Part shown: one piece after another, positions 59,974-64,000 of the stretch | Numbering within the stretch: position 1 is the stretch's first letter | Layout of the letters: the number at the start of each line of letters is the position of its first letter | Program-made: the position numbers and the translations under genes | The notes under the pieces: model-generated | What the model saw: the letters and a program-made list of their open reading frames with translations, nothing else | What the model was told of the DNA's origin: nothing | Databases searched by the model: none | Source: Trichodelitschia bisporula | Lineage: Eukaryota | Length of the DNA: 64,000 bases | Assembly: GCA_010356995.1 (NCBI GenBank) | Contig: ML996689.1 | Coordinates: 948,691 to 1,012,690, forward strand | Direction: 5' to 3'

Positions 59974-61611
59974 CTACTCCCCAGCCGTAGCCTGAAGTAA
60001 ATCCAGCATTCCCACCGTACCCCAGCACATTTGCGCGACCTCGACGCTTTTCCTCACCTCCGAATGCAAATCTCTGATAGCAGCATCAACTTCCGAGCTT
60101 TGACCGAGTTGGTCACCGTAAAGATTCAGTACCATCGTTGCAACGTCAGTGCTGAGCCGAACGTGTCTGGGATCTTGAATCTTCCGATTGAGCCATCTGA
60201 GCAAGGGCATCAACGCTGCGGAGTTGCGGTTCGAGAGGGCAGTCCGTAGAGCTGATCGGTGTATCAAGGCGGTCAGCAGAGTGAGGATGGCTGTGGAATC
60301 ACGGGTGTCGAGAACAAGGTCGAGCGCAATCTCATACTGGCCTCTCCTAAGCGCCGACTCCCATTTCGAGTGATGCCGGAGCTTCCCACGCTCGTTTCCG
60401 TTGATGACGATATCCGCACCCTCCCCCGTGTAGTCTTTGCCCCGAACTCTTTTCTCCCAGCCGCGGCCGCGCTTTTTGGCAGATTTCCGGTCATACTCGT
60501 CGATCTTGCCCGCAATTAGCGCGGCCATTTCCCGCTCCTTTTCGCGTCTGGCCACTTTGACTGCCCCACTCAGGCGCGTGCGGATGCTGAGCAGCCCACT
60601 TTGCATGCCGACACACAAGTGGCGGTCTTCTTTTGTCGATCCGACGGCGACAACATCCACCGCTAGGACAGGAGAGGGGTACTTCAGGCCAGCCACGACA
60701 TTCCAGCTCGCTGTTTCGAAAACCTTCACATGGCCGTCCAAACCTCCAGTGAGCACCCGGGTGCCGTGACTCGCCAATGCCAGGCTAGTTATCGTTTTTT
60801 GGTGGTTGCGAAGAATGTGTAAGGGGCGAGCCCCCACCAGGTCCAAAACCACGAGCTTCTCTCCGGCAGCAGCAGCCAAGGTGGTTCCGCCCGGCAAGGG
60901 GAGTACAGCCTCTAGCGGAGCGGACAGTTTGAACTGCATGACAGTGGCATTGCTCTTGTCCGTGGTTCCCGTGGATCCGCCAATCCGCTGGTCCCACAAC
61001 CTGACGGTCTGGTCGTAAGAGCCGCTCACCATCAGGTTGCCATCCCCGACGAAAGCGCCGCACCGCACGTAATCCTGGTGTCCCCATCCCTGCCAGACGC
61101 TCTTTTCCGCAGGCAAGTCCCATAGGCGCACTGTTCCGTCATCGCTGCAGCTCATAGCGCCCGTAAGGTCTCGGGGATGCCAGCGAGTAACCCATACTGG
61201 CTGCTTGTGCTCTTCCCATGTCTTCAGAATTGCTCGCGAGCTGGTGTCAAATGCTTGTATGATTCCGGAGTCGCTTCCGGCAAGACAAACGCGGCCATCC
61301 CGACGTACGCTGGCGGAGTGAAAAGGTGACGCGGTCCGGGTTATGGTTTTGGTCGCCTTGAGAGTTTGGGGAGAGAAAAGCTGGAGGCGGGGACCTGTCG
61401 TAACGGCAATATAAGCCGACGAAGGCGTCGTAGAGGTCGATGAGGTGTATGCGGAGGCGGAATTTGAGGTGATATGCGTGATGGGGGACGAGTTAGGCGT
61501 CGGTAGTAGGACTTGTGACGAGAATGATGCCCAGAACTTCTGATCGGGAGTGAGTGTCGATGGACCACTGGGGAGCTTGACTGGCGGCAACGGCACGACT
61601 TCCGTAGCCAT
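59974..61611 (-). CDS. UTP15: U3 snoRNA-associated WD40 protein Utp15
   Basis: SSRAILKTWEEHKQPVW, SCSDDGTVRLWDLP, GHQDYVRCG, VSGSYDQTVRLWD, NHQKTITSL, TGGLDGHVKVFET and a UTP15-type C-terminus; start taken at MATEVVPLP. Confidence 0.93.
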   Translation of the reverse strand: MATEVVPLPPVKLPSGPSTLTPDQKFWASFSSQVLLPTPNSSPITHITSNSASAYTSSTSTTPSSAYIAVTTGPRLQLFSPQTLKATKTITRTASPFHSASVRRDGRVCLAGSDSGIIQAFDTSSRAILKTWEEHKQPVWVTRWHPRDLTGAMSCSDDGTVRLWDLPAEKSVWQGWGHQDYVRCGAFVGDGNLMVSGSYDQTVRLWDQRIGGSTGTTDKSNATVMQFKLSAPLEAVLPLPGGTTLAAAAGEKLVVLDLVGARPLHILRNHQKTITSLALASHGTRVLTGGLDGHVKVFETASWNVVAGLKYPSPVLAVDVVAVGSTKEDRHLCVGMQSGLLSIRTRLSGAVKVARREKEREMAALIAGKIDEYDRKSAKKRGRGWEKRVRGKDYTGEGADIVINGNERGKLRHHSKWESALRRGQYEIALDLVLDTRDSTAILTLLTALIHRSALRTALSNRNSAALMPLLRWLNRKIQDPRHVRLSTDVATMVLNLYGDQLGQSSEVDAAIRDLHSEVRKSVEVAQMCWGTVGMLDLLQATAGE

Positions 61612-61972
61612 GATTGCAATTCGAGCCGAATAACGGCGAACCTGGCTCTTTGCGGAAGTTCTCCGGCAACGTACAAGAGTAGCAAATTGTTTTGCGTGGT
61701 GAAAATGTAACTGTTGAAGGCGAAGGCCGCCGAATGGATCAAGCGCAGTGTATGTTCGCGGGCTGGTGATGCATCTCTCTTTTTTTTCTGCCGTCCGATA
61801 GTGCACGGGCCCACCAATATGCTCCGCCAAGTCACTTCGATTCAGCCTTAAGAGGCTTACCTCAGCATATCTGGATCCCATCAGCTGGGAAGTATGTCAC
61901 GGTCAAAGAACGATGATGGGTCGGGCGAAAACATGGGGATATAGCTACGACTAGAACTTTTCAGTTACGAAT

Positions 61973-62752
61973 CTATTGTGAAGTAACCTCCGCAACGGAA
62001 TCATCATGTACCGCCAGATTTGCAAGTGCTCTCTCCGTCCTACTTGTCTCATCATCCCGGGGACGCCCACCCCTTTGAATGATATCGTCCTGGCTCAGAG
62101 GCCTGTCTCCTTCGTTCAAGACGATGGCCTCTCGTCGACGGCGCCTCAAAGCCTGTTCTTCGGGGCTCTCTTCGTGGGGTCGAGCTCGAGTGCGGTCTGG
62201 GGTGGTTGGCAAGAGGTCATCTATGAGTGACGGAATCCGAATCTTTCTCTTAGAGTAGCGTTGCAAGAGATGCAATGTTCGTCGCCCGCGTTCATTGATC
62301 CTAGCATCCGGTCCAATACAGTCGTCGCCAAATGCCTGGCGCGCTGAGGTGTCATGAAAGAATCGATTGCAAACTATTTGGATAGCGCTTGTATCTAGTC
62401 AGCTTCGTCTCGCACGTCAAGATCGTCTCCCTTACGCTCGTCGGATATCCGGGTTTGAGCTTTGTGCTAGAACTTTCAGAGTGTCTATCTGTATCGCTGC
62501 GAGGATCAGCCAGTAATCGGCTTGCTGACCTCGTCAGTACTTGCCATCCTCCGTCGCGCGTGATACATCTAGTCGACGAGGTTCTTCATGTATCTTGGTG
62601 AGTTGTAGCAATTCGAGAACCGCATTTGCTACCCCGCGAGTAGCGAGGAATGCTAGGGCTCCTGGCCATGGTTCAGCAGAGCCCGCGATATGGTCATCAT
62701 CATCATCACCTAAACCCAGCCAAAGCCATCTGTCCTTCAGTTTCCACGCCAT
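61973..62752 (-). CDS. Hypothetical protein with an N-terminal hydrophobic segment
   Basis: Spliced frame MAWKLKDRWLWLGLG..ALAFLATRG...TED/AIQIDTLKVLAQSSNPDIRR/AAIQIVCNRFF...ESPEEQALRRRRREAIVLNEGDRPLSQDDIIQR; needs a GC-AG intron at 62497-62544. Confidence 0.7.
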
Positions 62753-63142
62753 ATTCAAACCGACAAGCCATACGTGACGACACAGGCTATGAAAGGACAG
62801 AAATGAGTAAAGTGTGTTATGGTTAAGTTACAGGGCAACGAGATTCCGTCAAAGAACCCAAAAGCACACACCCTTGGCCAAGCCGGCGTTGGTCAGTCAC
62901 CCACTTACGCCTGCCCACCCAGCATGTGAGGGGCATTCCATTGAGGAACATCCAGACACCGTAATAATAGCACCTTGATAGGCCCGGAGCAAAAATAAAG
63001 AAAAGTTTTGCGTGAGCGCTGAATTTCCTTGGTATCTATACGCACCAACGCCAGTGAATGCTAACTATGCGGATTCACCCCGGAGCTTTGCCCATCAATA
63101 AACCTTACGCCTCCAGCCCATGCGACTGCCTTACTGCTAACA

Positions 63143-64000
63143 CTAACCCCTAGGGCTCTGCGTGCGCGGCACAACCGACTTTATAGCCCAATGGCAATTG
63201 ACGTATTCGTCTGACACTGGATCATAAGCCGCAAAGACATCAACAATGACCTTGGCTTTCGTCCCAACCACCTCAACCAGCCCCGTAATGACCACTGTCC
63301 CCCTCGGCGGATCCATCCTAGCGCGCCTCCGGTCATTAGATAGGGCCTTCACAAAGGTGCTGAGTACCGAACCGGTTCCACCTGGTTGCTGCGAGGGGAA
63401 GTCTGGAATTTTCGCTCCATCCGGCTTCGACTGCTGGGTGCCAGTGCGAGAATGCGCAGTATCAGCTGCAGGTGTAGTTACTCCGCCCTTTTCAGCCACT
63501 GGGGTTCCGCGTCGATGCGGGGCCGAAGCCGAAGCCGCGCCTCTCGTCATTGATGACTGCTGAGGCTCAACCGTCCGCGACGCGCCATCGTTGGTATCTG
63601 TTCCTGCCGTTTGCCTCACAGCAGATTCAAAGAAACTTTTCATCCTACTCGCTTGTAGGCTGAACTGATTCTTGGCTGTAGCCCAGGAGGCTGAAAGAGC
63701 GGCGGAAGGGATGAAGGACGACCGCATTCTACGGTAATCTTCCTGACTGATAGTCTTTGTTCCGAAAAAAATTGCGTCGTCGGTAATTCCGATACTGCAT
63801 GATAGGTTTAGAGCATGAGCTTAGTTGAGGACTGGGAGCCATTACCCATTCACCTCGTAGTCTCTAGGCGGGCCAGCGGGGAACCGCATGTCCAACCAAA
63901 ATCGGCCGGCCCTTAGATTTACGGAACCGAAAATCTGACGCGAATTGGGGTGTCGTGCGTACATATTCCGAGTGATAGCTGTAAGCCGTTCTGCCCGAGT
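63143..64000 (-). CDS. 3' part of a hypothetical protein; 5' end lies beyond the window
   Basis: Open frame ending PPRGTVVITGLVEVVGTKAKVIVDVFAAYDP; upstream exon ...RFWLDMRFPAGPPRDYE separated by an intron with a CTAAC branch and CAG acceptor near 63797. Confidence 0.7.

Overview
Eukaryotic DNA from a filamentous ascomycete (Pezizomycotina): short GT-AG introns with CTRAC/CTAAC branch points and GC-rich exons. About 20 spliced protein-coding genes were reconstructed by hand: a partial putative mitochondrial membrane protein, CLU1, a peroxisomal PhyH dioxygenase ending in SKL, a PTH11-like membrane protein, LSM1, a Ppo-type fatty-acid dioxygenase-P450 fusion, TSC13, an ING/PHD protein, a QIP-like RNAi exonuclease, NCE102, a GPI-type GH16 glucanase, a D-2-hydroxyacid dehydrogenase, ILV5, an arrestin-like protein, TMEM234, PHYHD1, MRPL22, PRP24, UTP15 and two hypothetical proteins. 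A gene-free, AT-richer island at about 28.7-38.4 kb holds three 5'-truncated copies of a Tad1/I-like LINE (two with target-site duplications), a TA-flanked MITE family whose longest member has 175-bp TIRs, a 536-bp foldback element and a possible solo LTR; repeat copies differ mostly by transitions. I found no clear-cut novel multi-gene system. The best leads are (i) the Ppo enzyme, which pairs an 8R-type dioxygenase signature with a P450 domain lacking its heme cysteine, (ii) the transposon island, and (iii) a degenerate 4-copy tandem duplication of the SKL-encoding 3' end of the PhyH gene. All family assignments come from motif recognition, not database searches.
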